A stretch of DNA of 25,169 bases from a virus (lineage: Duplodnaviria > Caudoviricetes), in IMG/VR virus record IMGVR_UViG_3300016665_000628, positions 1 through 25,169 of that record. One strand, written 5' to 3'. Both the position numbers and the translations under genes were made by a program. Below are positions 1 through 7,645 of this stretch, in pieces (the stretch's first letter is position 1; each line of letters opens with the position of its first letter). The notes beneath the pieces were generated by a model, which was given only the letters and a program-made list of their open reading frames with translations, did no database searches and was not told the origin of the DNA.

Positions 1-12
1 GGAGGGGCAGCA

Positions 13-267
13 GTGAGTGAGCTAAAAGACACAATCGAGCGTGCGGTGAAAGTGTTTGAGACACTGCGGGCGGCGATTCAGAAAGATCACAGTTATGCCT
101 GGAGTTGGCATTGCAATGTCGCAACGACTCTTATGGCGGACACGGGTTTGAGTCACGAGCAAGCGAATCGCGATGCTGCGGCATTCATGCAGGCGGCGTT
201 TGAGGTTGACGTCAGGACATTCGACGAGTGGAAATTGTTTCCATGGACAAACAAGACAACCATTTAA
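13..267 (+). CDS. hypothetical phage protein (84 aa)
   Basis: GTG start preceded by GGAGGGG at 1-7; natural-looking helical sequence (YAWSWHCNVA...AAAFMQAAF). Confidence 0.75.
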   Translation: MSELKDTIERAVKVFETLRAAIQKDHSYAWSWHCNVATTLMADTGLSHEQANRDAAAFMQAAFEVDVRTFDEWKLFPWTNKTTI

Positions 268-291
268 GCACCGCAAACACAGGGTAGCTGG

Positions 292-474
292 ATGGTCGAA
301 AACCATCCTACTTGGTGGCGCGACTACCGTCACGCCGAAAGATGTATACGCCCGCTTTGGCTGATCCCAGGCCGTGTTCTGACGACCGGATGGGATAACG
401 TCTATCGTCAGCACCATGTTGAAAAGAATAGAGACAATGCAGAAGATCACAGCCGCCTGCGTCCGAACAGATAG
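292..474 (+). CDS. possible small hypothetical protein (60 aa)
   Basis: Fills the gap between 267 and 437 on the coding strand; no strong RBS or motif. Confidence 0.3.
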   Translation: MVENHPTWWRDYRHAERCIRPLWLIPGRVLTTGWDNVYRQHHVEKNRDNAEDHSRLRPNR

Positions 475-1081
475 TGTTTACTACCAGATTCCGGACGTGG
501 TTCCGTGGGACAAACGAAGGAACATACTCAAATGCAAAGACCACTACCCGATCATAGCACACCCGCCGTGTGCTCAGTGGGGTCGGACGGCCCCGCTGGC
601 GAGACAGGACATGGTTAGCAAGACGCTGGCTGTTCATTGTCTTGCTTTTATCCGCAAGAACGGAGGGATTTTGGAGCACCCGGAAGCGAGCGGTTTCTGG
701 GAGTTCGCCGCGATCCCTGTGAACGGACGACGGGATATGTACGGTGGGTTGTGCGTTCTGGTGGACCAGTACGACTACGGACACCCGGCACGAAAACGCA
801 CACTCCTGTATTTCTATGGGCTTCCTGCCGGGGTGACGGCGATGCAGGTGGCGTACAGGTTGAGCCAGTTTTCTGTCAGTCCGACAACCCCGCCACGACG
901 CGTTATGAGTTGCGTGAAGGCCGACAGGGAGTTGACGCCTTTGCCTTTGGCTAAGGCTCTCTGTGATGCTGTGTATCACTGGGGTTTGAGTCAACTGATG
1001 GACGACGGTCAGCCAAGGAGGGGTAGTAGTCAGGTTGTTTGGGACGGTGCGTACATACCGCTTTTCGGGAGTTGGCAGTGA
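437..1081 (+). CDS. divergent DNA cytosine-C5 methyltransferase-like phage protein
   Basis: IIAHPPC resembles motif IV (catalytic PC), ILEHP resembles motif VI (ENV/ENP), DQYDYGHPARKRT resembles motif VIII. No FxGxG motif I is visible. ATG at 437 preferred; the ORF track starts at 416. Confidence 0.6.
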   Translation: MQKITAACVRTDSVYYQIPDVVPWDKRRNILKCKDHYPIIAHPPCAQWGRTAPLARQDMVSKTLAVHCLAFIRKNGGILEHPEASGFWEFAAIPVNGRRDMYGGLCVLVDQYDYGHPARKRTLLYFYGLPAGVTAMQVAYRLSQFSVSPTTPPRRVMSCVKADRELTPLPLAKALCDAVYHWGLSQLMDDGQPRRGSSQVVWDGAYIPLFGSWQ

Positions 1082-1266
1082 AGTATTACTATCTATTGGC
1101 GGCAGGTGCCATCACGGCAGTTGTCGTTGGCATTTACGTTGTGTGGCTGGTGCGAACACTCGCGGATCTGTCCGAGATGCGGGTGCCTGTAGACTCTGAT
1201 GATGGGGTTTTTGATTTTACACACTCGGAAGGAGGGGGTTGGGGTGATGAAGAAAGAACGACCTGA
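1078..1266 (+). CDS. small membrane protein
   Basis: GTG at 1078 overlaps the upstream TGA (GTGA coupling). N-terminal hydrophobic helix YYYLLAAGAITAVVVGIYVVWLV and acidic tail. Confidence 0.65.
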   Translation: MKYYYLLAAGAITAVVVGIYVVWLVRTLADLSEMRVPVDSDDGVFDFTHSEGGGWGDEERTT

Positions 1267-2074
1267 CAAAGCTATGCGAAGGATGTACGGACACCTCATG
1301 TGCAAGATAATGGTTGGCGATCCGGATTGGTTCTCTACCCACGGTGTTTTTGTCAATCTCGCAGTCTTTTTGCTGCTAGTCTTGTTCCTGCTCAACGGGT
1401 GCGTGGCGAGGGGCGATCTGATCATCGAGGTGCAGACGTGTGATGCCACAATCTCTCCAGACGCAGGTTGGTTTGCCGCCGAGATCGGTGCTGATTTATC
1501 AGGTACCGGCAACCCGCTGGGGTGGATGGTGTTCTCCCAGATTGCGGAGAATGGCGGGATCGCTCTTATGTCGTCAGGAAGTTTCTCTGACAGGTATGGC
1601 ACGGACAACGGTGTGCAAACACTGCAGGTGCAGACTTTCTATCACAACGGATGGGATCAGGCCGTAATCTTACCTTACGGATCCCCAGTCGGCCAGGGGT
1701 ATGCGTACAGCGATTTCTTGCGGTTGTACGACTCTGAGACGGACCTGCCGGAAAACAACCCGCTGTACATACCGTTTGCGTGGCAGAGCTGGCTGGACCG
1801 TGATGAGACAGGGACGTTTCAAAAAATGTACCAAGGCGTGGGGTACGTCTCCATAGACCAGATCGACCCGATGCCGATAGAGGGTCTGGGATCAAAACCC
1901 AGCTACAGAGTTCACCAGATAGTATTGACTTCAGGGGATCTCAGCGCTGGTGGCCTGCCGGGCACAGCGGCTGTGCCAGAACCGTCTGCAATTATCGCCG
2001 GTCTCGTGGTTGTTGCGGTGATAGTTGCACAAATTCTGTTGACACGCCGGGTGCGACAGAGTACTATCAAGTGA
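1247..2074 (+). CDS. PEP-CTERM sorting-domain protein (exosortase substrate, secreted/surface protein)
   Basis: N-terminal hydrophobic signal (LAVFLLLVLFLLNGCVARG/D). C-terminal VPEP (1973-1984), TM helix SAIIAGLVVVAVIVAQILL and basic tail RRVRQ. GGAGGGGG lies upstream of ATG 1247; the ORF track starts at 1199. Confidence 0.85.
   Translation: MKKERPDKAMRRMYGHLMCKIMVGDPDWFSTHGVFVNLAVFLLLVLFLLNGCVARGDLIIEVQTCDATISPDAGWFAAEIGADLSGTGNPLGWMVFSQIAENGGIALMSSGSFSDRYGTDNGVQTLQVQTFYHNGWDQAVILPYGSPVGQGYAYSDFLRLYDSETDLPENNPLYIPFAWQSWLDRDETGTFQKMYQGVGYVSIDQIDPMPIEGLGSKPSYRVHQIVLTSGDLSAGGLPGTAAVPEPSAIIAGLVVVAVIVAQILLTRRVRQSTIK
2039..2067 (+). promoter_or_regulatory. sigma70-type promoter upstream of the recombinase
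   Basis: TTGACA (2039-2044), 17 nt spacer, TACTAT (2062-2067): perfect -35, optimal spacing, 5/6 match at -10. Confidence 0.7.
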
Positions 2075-2161
2075 TCTGGCTGGCCTCTGCAGTGCGGTGC
2101 GGAGGTGTTTGCATACCTGTTCCTTTGCTGTCTATCCGTTAACCGGAGGGGCAGGCAGGCT

Positions 2162-2193
2162 GTCGGAGGGGAGTCCGCACACTCCCCTCCGAC
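2162..2193. repeat. perfect 13-bp inverted repeat (hairpin or protein-binding site)
   Basis: GTCGGAGGGGAGT (2162-2174), CCGCAC spacer, ACTCCCCTCCGAC (2181-2193); ends 19 nt before the recombinase ATG. Confidence 0.9.
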
Positions 2194-2212
2194 TGTCGTT
2201 TAGGGGGTACAC

Positions 2213-3718
2213 ATGCCGGCGTGGATTTATGCGAGAGTATCAACGGTCGAGCAGATGACGTACGGTCAAAGTCTGGAGGGTCAGGTACGTGCTTGCAGGC
2301 AGTACTGCGACAACGCCAGGCTTATTTTGACTCCATCTACAAACTGCGACACCCCGGGCGTCATCATAGACGGCGGGCGATCTGCGTACAGAAAACCGTT
2401 TGAGACCCGTCCCGGTGCTGTGTTTTTGGCTAACGGACTGAGGCCGGGTGACACGGTTGTAGTAACCAGCCTGACACGATTATTTCGTCGTGTCTCAGAG
2501 GCCGCGCAAATACTTGAGCGGTGGGTTGATATGGGGGTGAATGTCACGTTTGTTGACTACCCATCCCTCAGTTTCAACAGCGCCAACGGTCGGTGTCTTG
2601 TCTACTGCATGGCTGCGGTGGCGCAGCTCAAGAGCGAATTGATTTCCGCTCGAGTGCGGGAGGGAAAAGCTCGGAAAAACTCTGTGCCGACATCACAAGG
2701 GCCTGTTAAGGAGGCTCAGCGGATAGCTGTCCCACCGTCACACCAGACGGCAGTTGAAGTTTTGCGTACGATGTCGCGAGAGCAGACGACCGCTTTATCG
2801 GGTCGCGTCTTCATTTACGCACGAGTGTCCACCGACGATCAGTCCGTCGAGTCGCAGTTGAATCTGTTGCGGCAAAAGCACCCCGGTGCCTTGGAGTTTG
2901 TAGACCACGGCGTTAGCGCGTGGAAGACACCGCTACAAAAACGTCCGGCGGGCAGTGCTTTGCTGGCGGAGCTGCAACCCGGCGACGTCGTTGCTGTTTT
3001 GAGGCCGGACAGAATATTCCGGTCGCTAAAAGACGCGGCTATTCAAATCGATGCGATACGCGATAAGGGTGCGTATCTGTCAATATTGGAGAGCGGGCTT
3101 CGCACCGACGACCTGTTTGGGCGTCTCCTGCTCGGCATGTTGTCTGCGTTTGCCCAGATGGAGTCTGAGGAGACCAGCCGAGCCACCAAGCACGCTTTGC
3201 AGGTAGCTCTTGGCAACAACGACAACCTGTTGCAGTACCGACTGCCCAGGGCGTTGTCAAGAACCAGACCGCTGAGTCACAAGCATTATGCCTTTGCCGA
3301 TGTGTTTACTCCCGAGGAAGTGTCGCAGCTGTGGCATGCAGTGTACCTTACTCGAGGGCAGTACCGCAGCGTGGCTGCTTGCGTGTCTCATGTGGCGAAC
3401 TCAGCGCTGCATGCCAAAGGTCTACCGCCTGTGACGACACTGCCGTACATGCGTGCCGCCGAATACGCTCGAGCACTGAGGCGTGTTGGCACGGCTATTT
3501 GCAACAAAGTCGCAAAAATTGTAGACCAGCACGAGTTTGTGGCGACACCTGTGAATTCTCATAGTTTTTACGGGAACGTGAGAACTTACGAGAAGTTCAT
3601 GGCTGTTTACCGACAGTTGCCGCCGGAACAAAGATCGTTGTCGCTTAGCGTGATGTTCTCGAACAACACGCCAGTGATTTCAGCTGTGACCGCTGCAGCC
3701 AAGGCCGTAGCCTACTGA
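2213..3718 (+). CDS. serine recombinase with two tandem resolvase-family catalytic domains
   Basis: Domain 1: IYARVS(10)TVEQ...RPG...GDTVVVTSLTRLFR...ELISARVREG. Domain 2: IYARVS(206)TDDQS...RPA...GDVVAVLRPDRIFRS...GRLLLGMLSAFAQME. Followed by a ~165-aa unrecognised C-terminus. RBS-like AGGGGG at about 2202. Confidence 0.92.
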   Translation: MPAWIYARVSTVEQMTYGQSLEGQVRACRQYCDNARLILTPSTNCDTPGVIIDGGRSAYRKPFETRPGAVFLANGLRPGDTVVVTSLTRLFRRVSEAAQILERWVDMGVNVTFVDYPSLSFNSANGRCLVYCMAAVAQLKSELISARVREGKARKNSVPTSQGPVKEAQRIAVPPSHQTAVEVLRTMSREQTTALSGRVFIYARVSTDDQSVESQLNLLRQKHPGALEFVDHGVSAWKTPLQKRPAGSALLAELQPGDVVAVLRPDRIFRSLKDAAIQIDAIRDKGAYLSILESGLRTDDLFGRLLLGMLSAFAQMESEETSRATKHALQVALGNNDNLLQYRLPRALSRTRPLSHKHYAFADVFTPEEVSQLWHAVYLTRGQYRSVAACVSHVANSALHAKGLPPVTTLPYMRAAEYARALRRVGTAICNKVAKIVDQHEFVATPVNSHSFYGNVRTYEKFMAVYRQLPPEQRSLSLSVMFSNNTPVISAVTAAAKAVAY

Positions 3719-3878
3719 GCTTCACGAAATGTCTCCCCCCAATCTGCACGCGAGGTAGCTGGGCACCACCCACCCCTCGCGTGCTCCATTTACGTACCGT
3801 CGCGACGTCGATAATGACGCGATACTCTTGAAATATGTAAGCCACAATTTCCTTGGCCGACAGCAATTTTTCCAACAT
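3645..3878 (-). CDS. excisionase/MerR-like winged-helix DNA-binding protein (DUF1580-like)
   Basis: MLEKLLSAKEIV...VATVRKWSTRGVGGAQLPRVQIGGRHFVKLSRLRPWL fits the Xis/AlpA/DUF1580 pattern (T-V-x-x-W-x-x-R-G...L...IGGR-x-F). Likely ATG at 3878. It is the only convincing minus-strand gene. Confidence 0.8.
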   Translation of the reverse strand: MLEKLLSAKEIVAYIFQEYRVIIDVATVRKWSTRGVGGAQLPRVQIGGRHFVKLSRLRPWLQRSQLKSLACCSRTSR

Positions 3879-4011
3879 GATTCGGGGCACCATAGAAACA
3901 GGCAAAACGGGAATGTTTGTAGAATAATACAAGGCGACCGTTGTCGTCCAGTCTAATTGAAGGCAGGATCCGTGCATTCCTCCCCCCAATTATCAAACTG
4001 GAGCCCCGACT

Positions 4012-5061
4012 ATGACAACACCCGCCCTACCATCCTTTGCCGATCTTGCCGCAGCTGCTCCTGTGGGGGGAGCAAACCCCCCGGTGCAGCAGATGCCCGC
4101 TGCGCCGGGGGCGGCTTTTGCCGCCCCACAAGTTGCGGCAGCTCCTGCACAGGTTGTTGCACCTCCGGCGGTTGCACCCCCGCCGGCAGCCAACCCCAAC
4201 GTCGCGATGATACGCCGTTTGGAGGCTGACGGGACGTTGCCTGCGAATCACGGGTTTTCAGATGATATGCAGGTTCTGGAGTATCTGGCAAATCAGGCCA
4301 GCTCCGCTGCACAACCACAACCTTCGCAGATGGCGCCGCAGCAGCAAGTTGCCACAGGGACGCCAGCCCCCTCCCCGGCAGAGCTTGCTGCTGCGGCAGC
4401 GTCCATGCAACAGAGCGGCCTACTTACGTTTCGGGACGGCGTGTACGTGGCAGTAAGCCCTCTGGCAAACTCCATTGCCGAGGCGATGAACTCCAACATT
4501 GCACGTCGCAGAGCCGTTGAGGCTGAGCTGGCAGACCCATACCAGTTTGTCCGTAACTACGGTCAAACTTTTGTCGAAGAGACCATCGCCCCGTTGCAGC
4601 AAGAAATAGAGTCGCTGCGAGCTCAGTTGGCTGCAGTAGCTCGACAGGCGATACCGGATCCCGGAACGACATTCGTTGAACAAAACCGATCCGCTCTTAT
4701 TGGTCCGACAGGTGCTTTTACGCCTGCAGGGCAGGCGTATCAGACGGCCTGGGCAGCCGCAGTTCAGGGCGGGGTTACCAGCAGAGAAGCCGCTCACTCC
4801 TTGGCGCTTATGGCTGCAAGGCCCTTGATGACGACGCCGGCAGCCCCTGTAGTTGCGGCTCAAACCCAGCAACCAGCAGCGCCTCAGACAACACCATGGC
4901 TGCAGACAATACCCGCTGGTGCAGTCCCGGCAAACCCGGCGTTTACGTCTCCGGGTAGCATAACCGCTAATGGACCGGCAGCACTGTCAGTTCCTACTAC
5001 GAACTCCGGATTCCCCGACTTCACGGCGCTTGCTGCCGCGAGACCTGTGACACAGCAGTAA
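4012..5061 (+). CDS. putative capsid scaffolding protein
   Basis: Immediately upstream of the capsid gene. Ala/Pro/Gln-rich disordered termini with a central coiled coil (LQQEIESLRAQLAAV). GGAG RBS. Confidence 0.6.
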   Translation: MTTPALPSFADLAAAAPVGGANPPVQQMPAAPGAAFAAPQVAAAPAQVVAPPAVAPPPAANPNVAMIRRLEADGTLPANHGFSDDMQVLEYLANQASSAAQPQPSQMAPQQQVATGTPAPSPAELAAAAASMQQSGLLTFRDGVYVAVSPLANSIAEAMNSNIARRRAVEAELADPYQFVRNYGQTFVEETIAPLQQEIESLRAQLAAVARQAIPDPGTTFVEQNRSALIGPTGAFTPAGQAYQTAWAAAVQGGVTSREAAHSLALMAARPLMTTPAAPVVAAQTQQPAAPQTTPWLQTIPAGAVPANPAFTSPGSITANGPAALSVPTTNSGFPDFTALAAARPVTQQ

Positions 5062-5087
5062 CACTTTTTTCATGAGGAAGTAATCAA

Positions 5088-6236
5088 ATGGTCGCACTTG
5101 TACCGCAAAATGTCGCAGGACACGTGAACGTCGTCCGAGACTTGGCCCCGACGTTTTGGAAGGGGGTCTCCGACCTGACCGTGAGAAACTTTCTCACGAT
5201 GTACAACCTGCGACGCTTTGGTCGGTTGACGTTCAACGCACGTGGTCACACGCAAGTGTGGAACGCCCGCATCAAGCAGCCGACAGTGTCGCCAGCCGTC
5301 GAGAACCAGCCCTTGGCGTTCGTTAACACGGACACCGACATCCAGTACTTCATCGGGATCAAAGGGTACCGTACCACGGACTTCATGGGTGAGCAGGAAT
5401 ACCTGATGCGAGACGGTGCTGGCGACATTGCCATCACGGATCGCTACACCCGCAAGTCGCAGGAACTTGCCCAGGCGATGATGGAGCGAATTCAGCGAGC
5501 GTTCTGGTGCGACGGAAACGACGCTGCTTTTGCTTACGATTTCGCGGGCATCGGCACCGCGACAAAGTACGACAACGCGACGTTGACGGCGGCTGACAAA
5601 GTGGCTCGCCCCACGGGCACGTACTGTGGGCAGAACACAGCAATCGGCAGCCTCGGCGGTACTTGGAGCGTTACTGCCGGAGACACGCCTCCGAACGCTT
5701 CTCTCGGCACCGACTTTCCGTTCGGGCAGGGCAGTCCGGAGTACGACGGGACAAGCCCGCTGATCATCAACTATGGCCCCAACATCTGGGGTAACGGCGG
5801 TACCGGGTTTGCCAAAAACATCGTCTCAGCTGCGTCGTACGCGATGACGGCAATGCTCCACCGCGGCGGCCAGTCGATGGTCGGTGCTCCTCCGCAGATC
5901 GCGATCAGCAGCAACCTGTTCCCGTCGTTCAAGGACAGCTTCCGTGCGAACAACCGTCAGATCATGCCGTGGAAGGACGGCGACCTCGGGTATCCGGGCG
6001 AAACGCTGATGGTTGACGGTGCCGTGTACTCCATGGATTACGCGATTCCGCAGAACAACGCGTACATGTATCTGCCGCAGTTCCTCGAAGCGTTCTTCCT
6101 GCACAATGACGTGTACGGTCCTCAGGGGCCTGACTGGAGCACCAGCCATACAGGGTACCTGTACTACGCCTCGTCCTACGGGAACTTCAAGTTCCTGCCT
6201 AAGTACCTGTGCCGGTTTGTCAGCAAGACTGCCTGA
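5088..6236 (+). CDS. major capsid protein
   Basis: 382 aa, GAGG RBS, strongly C-ending (high-expression) codons. KGYRTTDFMGEQEYL...KSQELAQAMMERIQRAFWCDG...FAGI resembles HK97-fold coat proteins of podo/P22-like heads. Flanked by scaffold-like and decoration-like genes. Confidence 0.8.
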   Translation: MVALVPQNVAGHVNVVRDLAPTFWKGVSDLTVRNFLTMYNLRRFGRLTFNARGHTQVWNARIKQPTVSPAVENQPLAFVNTDTDIQYFIGIKGYRTTDFMGEQEYLMRDGAGDIAITDRYTRKSQELAQAMMERIQRAFWCDGNDAAFAYDFAGIGTATKYDNATLTAADKVARPTGTYCGQNTAIGSLGGTWSVTAGDTPPNASLGTDFPFGQGSPEYDGTSPLIINYGPNIWGNGGTGFAKNIVSAASYAMTAMLHRGGQSMVGAPPQIAISSNLFPSFKDSFRANNRQIMPWKDGDLGYPGETLMVDGAVYSMDYAIPQNNAYMYLPQFLEAFFLHNDVYGPQGPDWSTSHTGYLYYASSYGNFKFLPKYLCRFVSKTA

Positions 6237-6283
6237 GCGTTTCTTTCTGTTAACACTTGTGTTTTTTGTAAAGGTACCTACGT

Positions 6284-6817
6284 ATGGCCGGTAACACAAT
6301 ACTCTTCCGCCTCGGTGCGGTTGATGTTTACGACGACCCGCAAGCGCTCGGGCAGGGTGCAGAGTTTCAGGATTTGGACTACACAAACCCTGAGTTTCCT
6401 GTGCTGAAGTCTCAGCAGAAGGTATGTGCCGTGCTCGTGAAGAACGACAGCGGCGGCACCTTGGCTTCGGGTGCCGGTGTTCGCATGAAAACAGCGGACA
6501 CCACAATGACCCTCGTCGGAGGTCTGTGCGGTGCAAACCAAGCCCTGCACGGGGTAGTCGATCCGTGGCTTTCTGCCCCAGTGCCAAACGGATCCACGTT
6601 CTGGATGATCGTTGATGGCCCTACGCTAGTACTCGCGGGCACCGGCGGGCTGACCGTTGGCGCTCTGCTGCAGACAGCGGCTAACGGGACGTTTATTGTC
6701 GGCACCGAAGGGACAAACCCGGTCGGACATTCAGGGTACTCGACGGCGGTCACTGCAGCTGCGGCAAAAGGCCGTGCGTATGTTCGGACACCGCTGAGCC
6801 CTCTCGAGTGTTCGTGA
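6284..6817 (+). CDS. putative capsid decoration/cement protein
   Basis: Directly after the MCP. Small, Gly/Ala/Thr-rich, beta-rich (VLVKNDSGGTL...GVVDPWL...VPNGSTFWMIVDGP). Confidence 0.6.
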   Translation: MAGNTILFRLGAVDVYDDPQALGQGAEFQDLDYTNPEFPVLKSQQKVCAVLVKNDSGGTLASGAGVRMKTADTTMTLVGGLCGANQALHGVVDPWLSAPVPNGSTFWMIVDGPTLVLAGTGGLTVGALLQTAANGTFIVGTEGTNPVGHSGYSTAVTAAAAKGRAYVRTPLSPLECS

Positions 6818-6861
6818 CGTTTACGCAACCATACTTCCCTACTGTTTTCTGGAGCAACGCT

Positions 6862-6972
6862 ATGGCGGACACGCCTACCCCGCCGACAGGAATCCACGAG
6901 TCGGCCAAATTGTCGCCCGTAAAACCGGGCAACCCAATTCAGAATCCGATCACTCCGATCAGTACGCGGTAA
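6862..6972 (+). CDS. small Pro-rich protein (36 aa; below the ORF-track cutoff)
   Basis: GGAG at 6851, ATG at 6862, MADTPTPPTGIHESAKLSPVKPGNPIQNPITPISTR, TAA ends 4 nt before the next start. Confidence 0.6.
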   Translation: MADTPTPPTGIHESAKLSPVKPGNPIQNPITPISTR

Positions 6973-6976
6973 TCGC

Positions 6977-7645
6977 GTGGCTGTTGATAACGTGACTCAA
7001 CCGGCGGGCTTACACCCGCCGATTGTTTTTAGTGAGCAGTTCCCGGGCAGGGCTTTGTGCGTGATGTGCGGTCTCCCGTACGTCCCAAATGAGGCGGGGG
7101 GTGTGTGTATGTCGTGCAAAGAACTGGCGGAACGTACTGCGTCTGCGTTAGTGACTGGAGAGCACCCCTCGTCGTGGCGCAACGCACTGGCTGCAGCGAG
7201 GAGAAAAGGCCGCCCCTTTATGCTCGACGTCGCCGAAAGGGTTATGGACCAGCTCGGAGGACCAGATCAGCTCGCAGATCGATTGGTGCAGGACTTCAAG
7301 ACAGCTCGTGGTGAGCACCTGACTCCAGAGCAGGCGATGTTTCAATCGGTAGACCTAAAGCTCGTCACAAAATTGTACGAGATGCTGCAGGGGTTCCTGG
7401 AGTCCAGAGACAAACTTGTCGGCGACACAGACCCCCTTGGTGAGATGAGCGAAGAGCAGTTGATGGCTGTCGCGTCCCAGGCAGCTTTGGTTCGACTCGA
7501 GCACGACGCCTTGTTTCGTGACGAGATTTTGCGCAAAATATCCGACACCCACCCGCACGAAATAGTTTCAGCAGCCCTGACGGTGTTGTCTCCCTCGAGA
7601 GTGACGGTGATAGATGCTAAGAAACCTTCTCACCCAGTCACATAG
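6977..7645 (+). CDS. zinc-finger protein, probable terminase small subunit
   Basis: N-terminal CVMC...CMSC, helical body, DPLGEMSEEQL segment of the kind common near TerS C-termini; lies upstream of TerL. Confidence 0.45.
   Translation: MAVDNVTQPAGLHPPIVFSEQFPGRALCVMCGLPYVPNEAGGVCMSCKELAERTASALVTGEHPSSWRNALAAARRKGRPFMLDVAERVMDQLGGPDQLADRLVQDFKTARGEHLTPEQAMFQSVDLKLVTKLYEMLQGFLESRDKLVGDTDPLGEMSEEQLMAVASQAALVRLEHDALFRDEILRKISDTHPHEIVSAALTVLSPSRVTVIDAKKPSHPVT

Noticed and set aside
2162-2200. Hairpin as a classical rho-independent terminator
   Set aside because: No adjacent U-tract on either strand; kept as an inverted repeat of unknown role.
3921-3950. Leftward promoter TGGACG-18-TATTCT for the HTH gene
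   Set aside because: Only a moderate consensus match; not supportable without transcript data.
6237-6283. Possible terminator AACAC-TT-GTGTT plus T-run after the capsid gene; TAACACTT shared with about 5059
   Set aside because: The stem is too short and AT-rich, and two copies of an 8-mer are not enough to call a terminator or late-promoter motif.
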